A program made the translations under genes and the position numbers. From Candidatus Scalinduaceae bacterium (GTDB taxonomy: Bacteria; Planctomycetota; Brocadiia; Brocadiales; Scalinduaceae), in contig JBHICG010000082.1 in NCBI GenBank assembly GCA_046759445.1, forward strand, positions 1 through 13,184: a stretch of 13,184 nt of DNA. Direction: 5' to 3'. The notes beneath the pieces are model-generated. The model worked only from the letters and a program-made list of their open reading frames with translations. It did not search any database and was not told where the DNA came from. Positions 1-8,348 of the stretch are shown here, one piece after another (the stretch's first letter is position 1; the number at the start of each line of letters is the position of its first letter).

Positions 1-2
1 TC

Positions 3-55
3 GCCCCCACTGCTAGCTTGCGCTAGCAAGCTGTGGGGGCTTAATCCACCCTACG
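3..55. repeat. REP-like palindromic element (GTAG-type end) containing a GC-rich hairpin; probably truncated by the window edge
   Basis: GCCCCCAC (3-10) is the inverted repeat of GTGGGGGC (33-40), with inner AGCTTGC/GCAAGCT. It is followed by TTAATCCACCCTACG (41-55), which reads CGTAGGGTGGATTAA on the - strand, typical of GTAG-family REP termini. Confidence 0.6.
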
Positions 56-92
56 CAAGCTAAAAACAAGTTCTTAAAGATTAATTAAAAAA

Positions 93-1382
93 ATGCTAAA
101 AAAAAGGAATATACTATTAAAGGGTGGTCATGTAGTAGATCCGCTGAATGATGTAGATTTTATATCCGACGTATTAATAATAGATGGAAAGGTTAATTCG
201 TTATCAAAAAAAATAAAACCGGAGTATGAAAATCTAGAAGTCGTTGATGTGTCCGGAATGATCGTGATACCGGGCTTGATTGATTGTCATGTGCATCTAA
301 GAGAACCGGGATATGAAGATAAGGAAACTATAGAAACAGGTTCAAGGGCAGCGGCAAAAGGGGGTTTTTCCACAATTATGTGTGAACCCAATACAAACCC
401 GCCAATAGATGATGTTGGGCAGATTGAAAACCTTATGAAAAGGGTTAATGAGAAAGGTCTAGTAAATATATATACGAAGGCGTGTATTACTAAAGGGTCA
501 AAAGGGGAAGCCCTTACGAATATGGAGAGGCTTAGCAGCATTAGTAGTGTTGTGGCATTTTCAGATGATGGGAATCCAGTTCTGAAAAAAGATTTAATGG
601 AACAAGCTATAAAAGAAGCCGCACTAAGAGATAAGCCCCTAAGTCCTCATTGTGAAGATTCTGCCTCTTTATCTGTAAAGAACGTTACAGATGAAGAGCT
701 GGGGTTTTTCCCCGGTGAGATGTTTGAAAATGAGGCAAATTATATTTCACGAGACATTAGCTATACCAGGCCAACCGGGTGCCATGTTCATTTTTCTCAC
801 GTTAGTCTCAGAGAATCTATAGAGCATATACGAAAGGGAAAAGGGCAGGCTAACATAACTTGTGAGGTTACACCTCACCACTTGTTGCTTGATAGGGATT
901 ACAGAGACATCAATGGTGTAGTGCCAAAGGTTAATCCTCCACTTCGCTCGAAAGATGATGTGCAATCAATCAAGAAAGGATTATGTGAAGGGGTTATTGA
1001 TGTTATTGCCTCAGACCACGCACCGCATACGTTAGCTGATAAAAAAGCAGGCGCTCCAGGCGTAATAGGATTGGAAACAACATTAGGTCTGGTAATTACA
1101 AAACTTGTAGAACCAGGAATAATTTCCTTAAAGGATGCTATATTAAAAATGTCAACTAATCCTGCAAAAATATTTAAAATATCAGGTGGAAGTTTATTGC
1201 CAGGAACACCTGCGGATGTTACCATCATTGATATGGATAAAGAATGGGTAGTAGACGTTAATAAATTTGAGTCAAAATCCAGAAATTGTCCTTTTCACGG
1301 ATGGAAATTAAAAGGACAGGCAGTAATGACAATAGTAGCAGGCAGGATTGCCATGAGAGATGGTAATATAATACCCCTTTGA
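93..1382 (+). CDS. pyrC: Dihydroorotase (type I, amidohydrolase superfamily)
   Basis: 429 aa with motifs PGLIDCHVHLREPG, PNTNPPID, FSDDG, HCED, CEVTPHHL, KVNPPLR, IASDHAPH and SKSRNCPF. Confidence 0.93.
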   Translation: MLKKRNILLKGGHVVDPLNDVDFISDVLIIDGKVNSLSKKIKPEYENLEVVDVSGMIVIPGLIDCHVHLREPGYEDKETIETGSRAAAKGGFSTIMCEPNTNPPIDDVGQIENLMKRVNEKGLVNIYTKACITKGSKGEALTNMERLSSISSVVAFSDDGNPVLKKDLMEQAIKEAALRDKPLSPHCEDSASLSVKNVTDEELGFFPGEMFENEANYISRDISYTRPTGCHVHFSHVSLRESIEHIRKGKGQANITCEVTPHHLLLDRDYRDINGVVPKVNPPLRSKDDVQSIKKGLCEGVIDVIASDHAPHTLADKKAGAPGVIGLETTLGLVITKLVEPGIISLKDAILKMSTNPAKIFKISGGSLLPGTPADVTIIDMDKEWVVDVNKFESKSRNCPFHGWKLKGQAVMTIVAGRIAMRDGNIIPL

Positions 1383-1404
1383 AAAAGGGGGATTTATTCT
1401 TTGA
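1374..1404 (+). terminator. Hairpin overlapping the pyrC stop codon, followed by a T-rich tract; putative intrinsic terminator or REP-like palindrome
   Basis: CCCCTTT-GAA-AAAGGGG (1374-1390) forms a 7-bp stem, followed by GATTTATTCTTTGA. Confidence 0.5.
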
Positions 1405-1444
1405 TTTTATTTTTCAAGATATTGGAAGTTTTGAGATTTATAAA

Positions 1445-1453
1445 TGGTAAGAT
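1445..1453 (+). promoter_or_regulatory. Extended -10 promoter (TGnTAAGAT) positioned for a leaderless NYN-xerC transcript
   Basis: TGGTAAGAT at 1445-1453 lies 6 nt before ATG 1460, and no Shine-Dalgarno is visible. Confidence 0.45.
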
Positions 1454-1459
1454 GCAAAA

Positions 1460-2002
1460 ATGGATGTAATAGTTGATGCTTACAATGTAATATTTAAGGT
1501 TCCGGAGTTAGGGGCTATTACGAGTAAATGTGATATTGAAACCTTACGTGAAAGGTTTCTTTCGGTACTGAGGCAATATAAGGCAGAAAGAAAACATAAG
1601 TTAACGGTAGTTTTTGATGGTAAGGGTTATGGCGCTTCGAATAGCACTCGAGATACTGGAATAGATGTAGTTTTTTCCAGACCAGGCTTTGATGCCGATG
1701 AAGAAATAAAAAGGTTGGTGAGTAATAGCAGTCGACCCAGGCAAATAATTGTGGTTACTTCTGACAGGGACATACAACAATTTGTAAGAAGATATGGTAG
1801 CAAGGTTGTGGAACCGTTAGAATTCTATAAGGAAGTTAAAAAGAAGATTGCCAGTCCGTCAGGATTCAGGCATGGTGGTGGTAAGAGGATAGCACGAGAT
1901 GGGAGAGAACCTATAAGCAAATATACAGGTCCGTCTAAGTCGGAAGCACAATACTGGTTAAAGGTATTTAAGGATAAAACAGGAAAACGTAAAGATGATT
2001 GA
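1460..2002 (+). CDS. NYN-domain (PIN-like fold) ribonuclease, YacP/Rae1-like
   Basis: Acidic motifs VIVDAYNVI, VVFDG, DADEEI and VVTSDRDI match NYN_YacP. Confidence 0.85.
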   Translation: MDVIVDAYNVIFKVPELGAITSKCDIETLRERFLSVLRQYKAERKHKLTVVFDGKGYGASNSTRDTGIDVVFSRPGFDADEEIKRLVSNSSRPRQIIVVTSDRDIQQFVRRYGSKVVEPLEFYKEVKKKIASPSGFRHGGGKRIARDGREPISKYTGPSKSEAQYWLKVFKDKTGKRKDD

Positions 2003-2879
2003 GGTATACGTTAAAAAGTTTATGAAAAAGCTGGAACATGAAAAAGGCTCTTCAAAGCATACGTTAAGGGCATATTATAACGATCTTACTCAATTTGACT
2101 TATTTTTAAAAGCTGAGAAATGCAAGGATTTGGAAAGCATTAATCACCTTTTGTTGAGAAAATATCTTGCTATTTTAAGGTCGAAGAATTACTCAAGAAC
2201 TACAATAGCCAGAAAATTGGCATCACTACGCTCTTTTTTCAAATTTCTTAATCAGGAGGGTACACTCGAACTGAATCCCATTGAGACATTACGCATTCCA
2301 AAACAACCGAAGAAGCTGCCTCATTTCTTAAGCATAAACAACATAGATACATTAATAAAAACTCCTGATAAAACAAAACCAATTGGGCTAAGAGATAGGG
2401 CCATCCTGGAAACGCTTTATAGTGCAGGGATAAGGGTGAGTGAATTAGTGAATTTAAACGAGAGCGATGTTGATTTTTTTGGTGGAATGATAAAAGTACA
2501 GGGAAAAGGCAAAAAAGAAAGGATAGTTCCTATTGGCGGCTATGCAATTGAGGCCATAAAAGAATATATTAGTTCAAGGAAGAAAAAAAGTATTAATAAA
2601 AAATCCCCCTTGTTTTTAAATAAGTTCGGTGGACGTTTAAGTTCAAGAAGTGTTGCAAGATCTCTTGACAAGTATTTGAAGATAACGGGCATAAATCTGG
2701 TTACTTCACCACACACATTCAGGCACAGCTTTGCAACACATCTGTTGGATAAAGGCGCAAACCTTCGTTCAGTTCAGGAGTTGCTCGGGCATTCCAATCT
2801 TTCCACTACACAGATATACACACACATAACTACAGAACGCATGAAGCAGGTTTACGACAAAACCCATCCAAGGGCATAA
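1995..2879 (+). CDS. xerC: Tyrosine recombinase XerC (XerC/XerD family)
   Basis: 294 aa with N-terminal SAM-like domain (SKHTLRAY, ARKLASLRSFFKFL) and catalytic motifs LYSAGIRVSEL, GKGKKER, PHTFRHSFATHLL and LLGHSNLSTTQIYTH. Overlaps the NYN gene by 8 nt. Confidence 0.88.
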   Translation: MIEVYVKKFMKKLEHEKGSSKHTLRAYYNDLTQFDLFLKAEKCKDLESINHLLLRKYLAILRSKNYSRTTIARKLASLRSFFKFLNQEGTLELNPIETLRIPKQPKKLPHFLSINNIDTLIKTPDKTKPIGLRDRAILETLYSAGIRVSELVNLNESDVDFFGGMIKVQGKGKKERIVPIGGYAIEAIKEYISSRKKKSINKKSPLFLNKFGGRLSSRSVARSLDKYLKITGINLVTSPHTFRHSFATHLLDKGANLRSVQELLGHSNLSTTQIYTHITTERMKQVYDKTHPRA

Positions 2880-2949
2880 GTAAATCCTTTGCGGTGTAAA
2901 ATTTTTCACTTCCTGTAGTGATGTCATTTATGATTCTGGAAATACTTTT

Positions 2950-3849
2950 CTATGATGAGTTTGTTGCTAAGTCGATTTTATTGCAAAAACGATCTATTAA
3001 CTTAATGCTTTCTTCTTCGTTTTTTAAAGTCATTGCTGATTTCTTTGCATCAGCAAAGTTCAGCATAGCCTTATTATAGTTTCTGCTGTAAAAATTATGC
3101 ATACCCAAACAATAAAGCGAGGTAAATTTTACGTGTTCGTTGTCTTTGTCCAGGTCTAAGGCTTGCTTTAACATGTTTTCTACATTATCATAAAAACCGC
3201 TGATTGCGTAACTCCTGGCAGCCACACATAGCGCATCAATATAACCATTTTCAAACATAATTTTGCACAGATCATTTAAACCGTTGTTGCCATAAACGCC
3301 ATTAACAAGAGATTCGTTTTCAAGAAGAAATCTTATAACCAAACCATTTTTTGCATATTCCGGCAACAAATCCTTAATCTGATTCATAGTATCTTCAAAA
3401 AGTATCTTGGTCTCCTCAAATTCCTCAAAAAGTCTTTGGTTTGCCCTTACAATTATCTTTGTAAATTGGTTGATAAATTGCTTTTCGTAACCAGACTTTT
3501 CTGTTTTTTTCTCAAGTGCATTATATCGTGGCCCATATACCTTTAATTGATATAAATCCTCTCTTAATTTCATTGCCTCATGAAATATTGAACCAATGGC
3601 CAGATCAAAGAGCTTTTCCTTCTCTGTACTTTTCTGCATTCTGTCGTCTCTAAAAAGATTGTGACAATTGTTTTTAAGATTAAACAAAACTGAATCACCT
3701 TTATCATCAATTAGTTTTTGCACATCTTCGAATGTTAATCTTTCATTCTTTTGATTATAAATAGACCTAAACAGGATTACTGATTGTAAAAACCCTTTTA
3801 AAATTTCTACTATCTTACGGTCTCTGTCATCGAAGAAAAATTCAACCAT
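2950..3849 (-). CDS. Hypothetical all-alpha protein with C-terminal TPR-like repeats
   Basis: 299-aa ORF 67 nt downstream of leuS on the same strand. TPR-like patterns (ENMLKQALDLDKDN; LGMHNFYSRNYNKAMLNFADA). Confidence 0.7.
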   Translation of the reverse strand: MVEFFFDDRDRKIVEILKGFLQSVILFRSIYNQKNERLTFEDVQKLIDDKGDSVLFNLKNNCHNLFRDDRMQKSTEKEKLFDLAIGSIFHEAMKLREDLYQLKVYGPRYNALEKKTEKSGYEKQFINQFTKIIVRANQRLFEEFEETKILFEDTMNQIKDLLPEYAKNGLVIRFLLENESLVNGVYGNNGLNDLCKIMFENGYIDALCVAARSYAISGFYDNVENMLKQALDLDKDNEHVKFTSLYCLGMHNFYSRNYNKAMLNFADAKKSAMTLKNEEESIKLIDRFCNKIDLATNSS

Positions 3850-3916
3850 ATTAAAGAATTCCTGTAAAAAAGATTTATTATTCTAGGTTTATTTTCTTTA
3901 AAGTATTAGAAGAAAT

Positions 3917-6430
3917 CTAATTTATTACCAGATTTACCAGTTTCTTTGGCACTATTATAGTCTTTACTATCTTCTTACCATTTAGAAACTCTTTTACCCT
4001 TTTATCTTCCATTATGCGTAACTTCAAATCATCTTCTCGTATGTCTGATGGTACAATTATTTTGCTTCTAACCTTACCATTTATCTGAATGACTATTACA
4101 GCCTCTTCTGCATCAATATAATTTTTGTCATAAGATGGCCATTGCACGGAAAAAATACTTGGCTTATTTCCTAATACCTCCCAGAGTTCTTCACATATGT
4201 GAGGAACAAAAGGTGCAAGTATTTTAACAATCGTTTCAAAGGATAGTCTTAGTACATTAAAATCATTGATACTATTTTCATCTTTAGTTCCTTTATCTTT
4301 TAAACTTGCGCTGAAGTTCACAATCATATTAAGCAGTTCCATTACTGAAGCTATGGCTGTGTTGAAGTGCCATGATTGCTCAATATCATCAGTAAACTTT
4401 TTTATTGTTAAATTAGTGTTTCTATAAAGCTCTTTTGTTTCATTTGAGAATAACGTGTGTTTAATGTCTGTCTTAGGAACAATCTTAAAATGTTCTTCAA
4501 AATCCACAACATTTTGCCATAGCCGGTTTAAGAAACGAAATGCGCCAATAACGCCTCTATCGCTCCATTCTGCATCTCGTTGTGGTGGCGCTATAAATAG
4601 TGTATACAATCTTTGTGTATCTGTACCATATTTTTCAATGATTATGTCTGGATTTACCACGTTTCCCTTTGACTTAGACATCTTGGCTCCATCCTTTATA
4701 ATCATGCCCTGAGTGAAAAGATTTTTAAAAGGTTCATTAAAATCTAAAAAGCCAAGATCAAAAAAAACCTTTGTTATAAACCTTGAATACAGAAGATGTA
4801 AAATCGCATGTTCAATACCACCTATATATTGGTCTACGGGCAGCCATTTGTTTACCTCTTTTGAATCAAAAGCCTGATTATCATCTTTTGGAGATAGATA
4901 TCTAAGATAATACCAACTGGAATCAACAAAGGTATCCATAGTGTCAGTTTCTCTTCTAGCTTCACCTTTGCATTTTGGACAAGTTGTGTTAACAAATTCA
5001 TCCACATCAACGAGTGGACTATGTCCATGCGGCTTGAATTCTACATTCTCTGGCAGAATTACGGGAAGGTCTTTTTCCGGCACAGGAACAGTACCACATC
5101 TTTCACAGTATATAATTGGTATGGGTGCACCCCAATATCTTTGCCTTGAGATTAACCAGTCCCTTAATCTGTAGTTTATACTACCTTCGCCTATGCCTTT
5201 GTCTTCAAAGAATCTAATAATCCTGGGTATGGCATCCCTGTTAGGCATTCCGTCAAACTGTCCGGAATTAATTTGTATTCCGTCTCCCACATAAGCTTCA
5301 ATCATCTCTTTTTCTCTCTTGTCATTCTCTGGTGCCTGAATGACCACCCTTACAGGCAGGTTATATTTCTTTGCAAATTCGAAATCTCTTTGATCGTGAG
5401 CTGGTACAGCCATGACTGCTCCGGTACCATATTCCATCAAGGCATAATTTGAAATCCATAGAGGTACTCTTTCTCCATTAACAGGATTAATGACATATTT
5501 TCCAGTAAAGGTCCCTTCCTTTACAGCCTCTTCAGATGTCCTTTCAATGGTACTCTGATTACGGATTCTTTCTACAAATTGTAATACAGACTCTTCATAA
5601 TCAGTACCCTTTACCAATTTGCCTATTATTGGATGTTCTGGCGCCAAAGACATAAATGTAACGCCAAAGATGGTATCAGCCCTTGTAGTAAAACAGGTGA
5701 TTGTTTCATTACTTCCTTCTAATTTGAAATTAATACTTGCCCCTTCACTTCTACCAATCCAGTTTGACTGCATTGTCTTAACTTTTTCTGGCCATTCATC
5801 GAGTGTTGCAAGGTCATCCAACAACCTCTGGGAGTAGTCACTGATCTTGAAAAACCATTGGTCTAATTCCCTTTGCTTGACATTAGAGTCACATCTTTCA
5901 CAAAGACCATCCTTTACTTGTTCGTTCGCAAGTACGGTTGCGCAAGACGGACACCAATTTACGGCAGCCGTCTTCTTGTATGCTAGATTATGCTCGAATA
6001 GTTTGAGAAATATCCATTGTGTCCATCTATAATAATCCGGTTCACACGAGGTAACTTCTCTATCCCAATCGTAACCTACACCCCATCTTTCAAGCTGTTT
6101 TTTCATTTCTTTAATATTGTTTCTTGTGTAAATGGTGGGGTGAATACCATTTTCAATTGCTGCATTTTCAGCCGGCAAACCAAAGGCATCCCACCCAATT
6201 GGTGAAAGTACATTATAGCCTTTCATTATCTTGTAGCGAGTGACAACGTCGCCAATGATATAGTTTCTTCCGTGCCCGACATGTAGTGTGCCAGATGGAT
6301 ATGGAAACATTACAAGGCAATAAAACTTATCTTTTTTGCAATTTGTGTCTGCCCGAAATAGTCCACAACCACGCCAGTAGTCCTGCCACTTTTCTTCGAT
6401 TTCGCTAAAGTTGTATTTTTTATTACTCAT
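3917..6430 (-). CDS. leuS: Leucine--tRNA ligase
   Basis: 837 aa with MFPYPSGTLHVGH (HIGH), GWDAFGLPAENAA, CP1 editing motif YGTGAVMAVPAHDQRD, LRDWLISRQRYWG, KMSKS and C-terminal IQINGKVR. Confidence 0.98.
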   Translation of the reverse strand: MSNKKYNFSEIEEKWQDYWRGCGLFRADTNCKKDKFYCLVMFPYPSGTLHVGHGRNYIIGDVVTRYKIMKGYNVLSPIGWDAFGLPAENAAIENGIHPTIYTRNNIKEMKKQLERWGVGYDWDREVTSCEPDYYRWTQWIFLKLFEHNLAYKKTAAVNWCPSCATVLANEQVKDGLCERCDSNVKQRELDQWFFKISDYSQRLLDDLATLDEWPEKVKTMQSNWIGRSEGASINFKLEGSNETITCFTTRADTIFGVTFMSLAPEHPIIGKLVKGTDYEESVLQFVERIRNQSTIERTSEEAVKEGTFTGKYVINPVNGERVPLWISNYALMEYGTGAVMAVPAHDQRDFEFAKKYNLPVRVVIQAPENDKREKEMIEAYVGDGIQINSGQFDGMPNRDAIPRIIRFFEDKGIGEGSINYRLRDWLISRQRYWGAPIPIIYCERCGTVPVPEKDLPVILPENVEFKPHGHSPLVDVDEFVNTTCPKCKGEARRETDTMDTFVDSSWYYLRYLSPKDDNQAFDSKEVNKWLPVDQYIGGIEHAILHLLYSRFITKVFFDLGFLDFNEPFKNLFTQGMIIKDGAKMSKSKGNVVNPDIIIEKYGTDTQRLYTLFIAPPQRDAEWSDRGVIGAFRFLNRLWQNVVDFEEHFKIVPKTDIKHTLFSNETKELYRNTNLTIKKFTDDIEQSWHFNTAIASVMELLNMIVNFSASLKDKGTKDENSINDFNVLRLSFETIVKILAPFVPHICEELWEVLGNKPSIFSVQWPSYDKNYIDAEEAVIVIQINGKVRSKIIVPSDIREDDLKLRIMEDKRVKEFLNGKKIVKTIIVPKKLVNLVIN

Positions 6431-6506
6431 TATCTTAATTAGGATACACTATTCTGCCGTCAGACAGGTGTGCCCAAAATGGAAAATTCTTTTGCTATTG
6501 ATCAGG

Positions 6507-6535
6507 ATTATACCAGTCGACATATGTTGTTTCAA
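6507..6535 (-). promoter_or_regulatory. Sigma70 promoter for leuS (with extended -10)
   Basis: The - strand reads TTGAAA (6535-6530), a 17-bp spacer ending in TGG, then TATAAT (6512-6507). Confidence 0.8.
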
Positions 6536-6545
6536 ACAAAAAGGC

Positions 6546-6575
6546 TTGACATAAACAATCCTCTATGTTTAGAAT
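6546..6575 (+). promoter_or_regulatory. Sigma70 promoter for tRNA-Ala
   Basis: TTGACA (6546-6551), 18-bp spacer, TAGAAT (6570-6575), ending 43 nt before the tRNA. Confidence 0.75.
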
Positions 6576-6618
6576 TGCTCACGTAAAGAATTAGTAAACA
6601 AAAGCTTACGATTAGAGT

Positions 6619-6691
<73 letters not shown>

Positions 6692-6732
6692 TTTTATATT
6701 TTGGACTTACTATAAAGAGTAGAAGTGTTCTA

Positions 6733-7332
6733 TCAAAAACTGTAGTCTTTATAAACCCGTTTAAATCCCCATTTTTCAGCTAGGTCGTCTGCTTTTCCTT
6801 CATTAATATTTTCTCTTTGTTCTACACGATTCAGAATCTTATGGTGGCCAAGTATAAAATGCGCAACCTCGTGGGCTATAATATCCATTTTCCTTGATTT
6901 ATTCATACGCCCTTTAAAATTCAGAAAAATAAGAGGATGTTCTATTATAGTGTGATAAGTTACTCCCTTTTGTTGAAAATCTTCTTTCCTCAACTTTACC
7001 GGAAAGGTTGCTTTGGTTGTCAACCCCTGCGCAGTCACAATGAGAAAAATTACCTCATCTAGAGTTTTTCTCCTAACTTTATAAGGTAGCTTCAGAAGTG
7101 TTTCACCGATAATACCTTTATTCACTTTGTCCTCTAAAGTGACTTCTCCCCAGATTCGTAAATCATCTAAAACTCCTTTAAAAGAATTCTCATACTCCAC
7201 ATCCCTTCTGATTTTTTCTTCAACAGCTTGTTGTCTATCTTTATCTTTTATGACTTTTTTCATTTCTCTAATATGCTTCTTAATTAACCGTTCCACTTCT
7301 TTATCTTTTGCCTGTCTTTTTTTTCTCACCAT
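6733..7332 (-). CDS. Putative zinc metallopeptidase (HEXXH; ImmA/IrrE- or M48-like) with a basic, coiled-coil-like N-terminus
   Basis: IAHEVAHFILGH followed about 15 aa later by NEGKADDLA (third-ligand Glu pattern). GGAG lies upstream of the ATG. Confidence 0.65.
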   Translation of the reverse strand: MVRKKRQAKDKEVERLIKKHIREMKKVIKDKDRQQAVEEKIRRDVEYENSFKGVLDDLRIWGEVTLEDKVNKGIIGETLLKLPYKVRRKTLDEVIFLIVTAQGLTTKATFPVKLRKEDFQQKGVTYHTIIEHPLIFLNFKGRMNKSRKMDIIAHEVAHFILGHHKILNRVEQRENINEGKADDLAEKWGFKRVYKDYSF

Positions 7333-7450
7333 AATTTATAGCTTCTCCATTCAATAAATATAATTTTTATTTATTCTAAGTCATTGAATCTAAAGACCAT
7401 CGAGTTAAATCGTCAATATTTTTAATAAAATAACTAAATTTTCTCAGTAC

Positions 7451-7478
7451 GGCTCCGATAATAAATGGTTTGTCAAAA
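7451..7478 (+). other. Degenerate dif-like (XerC/XerD) site
   Basis: GGCTCCGATAA-TAAATG-GTTTGTCAAAA has the 11-6-11 layout and matches each arm of E. coli dif (GGTGCGCATAA / TTATGTTAAAT) at 7/11. Confidence 0.35.
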
Positions 7479-7651
7479 TTAAGACTGAAAAACGAGTTTA
7501 CATATGTTAGCACATAATGCCTTTTAAAAAAACCATCAATTTTATTGTCTTAATTGCGCGATCTGGCAGGCAAATCGAGTATTTTGCTGCATATAAAAGT
7601 GATTTATTCTGAAATTATAAGTAGAGCATTATCGAAGAAAGGAGATATACG

Positions 7652-8128
7652 ATGAAAATTAGTATTAACCTTAAGCTTATTTCGTTATATGTCATGGGTA
7701 ATGTAATACGTATGTTTGCTGTTGGAATGTTGATATTTTTTATGATAAATCTGCTTTACGCTACCAATTTGAAGGCTGAAGTATTTACGATAACTGCTTA
7801 TTGCTCATGTAAAAAATGTTGTGACAAAGACCCTTCAAGCAAGTGGTATGGAATTACTGCTACTGGTAAAAAGGCAAGATGGGGGACGGTGGCTGTAGAC
7901 AGGAAGGTAGTAAGGATGGGAAGCAAATTAAGGATAGCGGGATTTCCTAATACTATTTTCGGGGCTGAGGATGTAGGTGGAGCTATAAAGGGAAATCATA
8001 TTGATTTGTGGTTTCCAAATCACAAAGAGGCTCTTAAGTTTGGCGTACACAAGAAGCAGGTTTGTAGCCTTGAAAGCCTGTTTTTGAGAATTCTGTTATT
8101 GTCAAATGTGACTCGGAACAGTGGGTGA
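7652..8128 (+). CDS. 3D (Asp-Asp-Asp) domain protein, MltA-like peptidoglycan-related, with an N-terminal signal/TM segment
   Basis: TITAYCSCKKCC, GITATG, TVAVD, AEDVGGAIKGNHIDLWF and EALKFG. AAGGAG RBS before the ATG; hydrophobic N-terminus. Confidence 0.85.
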   Translation: MKISINLKLISLYVMGNVIRMFAVGMLIFFMINLLYATNLKAEVFTITAYCSCKKCCDKDPSSKWYGITATGKKARWGTVAVDRKVVRMGSKLRIAGFPNTIFGAEDVGGAIKGNHIDLWFPNHKEALKFGVHKKQVCSLESLFLRILLLSNVTRNSG

Positions 8129-8257
8129 CTAAGGCAATAAATCTGAAGAAACTTATAAGATAAGAAAATTAAATTTTGCTCATTACTTTTTATCAAAATT
8201 GATTATAAGCATAAAGATTTTAACGAATTACAACATATATTTTAAGCTATTAACTTG

Positions 8258-8272
8258 TGGTACGATATTTAC
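8258..8272 (+). promoter_or_regulatory. Degenerate sigma54-type promoter upstream of flp
   Basis: TGGTACGATATTTAC versus consensus TGGCACG-N4-TTGC. The -12 GC is AC here. Confidence 0.3.
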
Positions 8273-8348
8273 GCAATAAGACCAAATACCCATTCAACAA
8301 TTGTAAAAATGATGAATGTATTAAATTTAAATCTTTCTATAAAGTGGG

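Noticed and set aside
934..941. ATCCTCCA match to the tRNA 3' end as a possible att site
   Set aside because: It is only 8 bp, lies inside the conserved pyrC NPPL codons, and is on the wrong side of the tRNA.
287..1228. Minus-strand ORFs within pyrC
   Set aside because: They are antisense shadows of a conserved gene.
1995..2879. Tyrosine recombinase as the island integrase
   Set aside because: Its size and motifs match housekeeping XerC, it has no arm-binding domain, and leuS separates it from the tRNA.
4455..6205. Plus-strand ORFs within leuS
   Set aside because: They are antisense shadows with no recognisable motifs.
6454..6468. CTGCCGTCAGACAGG, a partial mini-palindrome in the leuS leader
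   Set aside because: Only a partial arm is present, too short to support as a repeat without genome-wide counts.
6544..6571. GCTTGACATAA as an inverted XerD arm
   Set aside because: There is no matching XerC arm, and it is better explained as the tRNA promoter -35.
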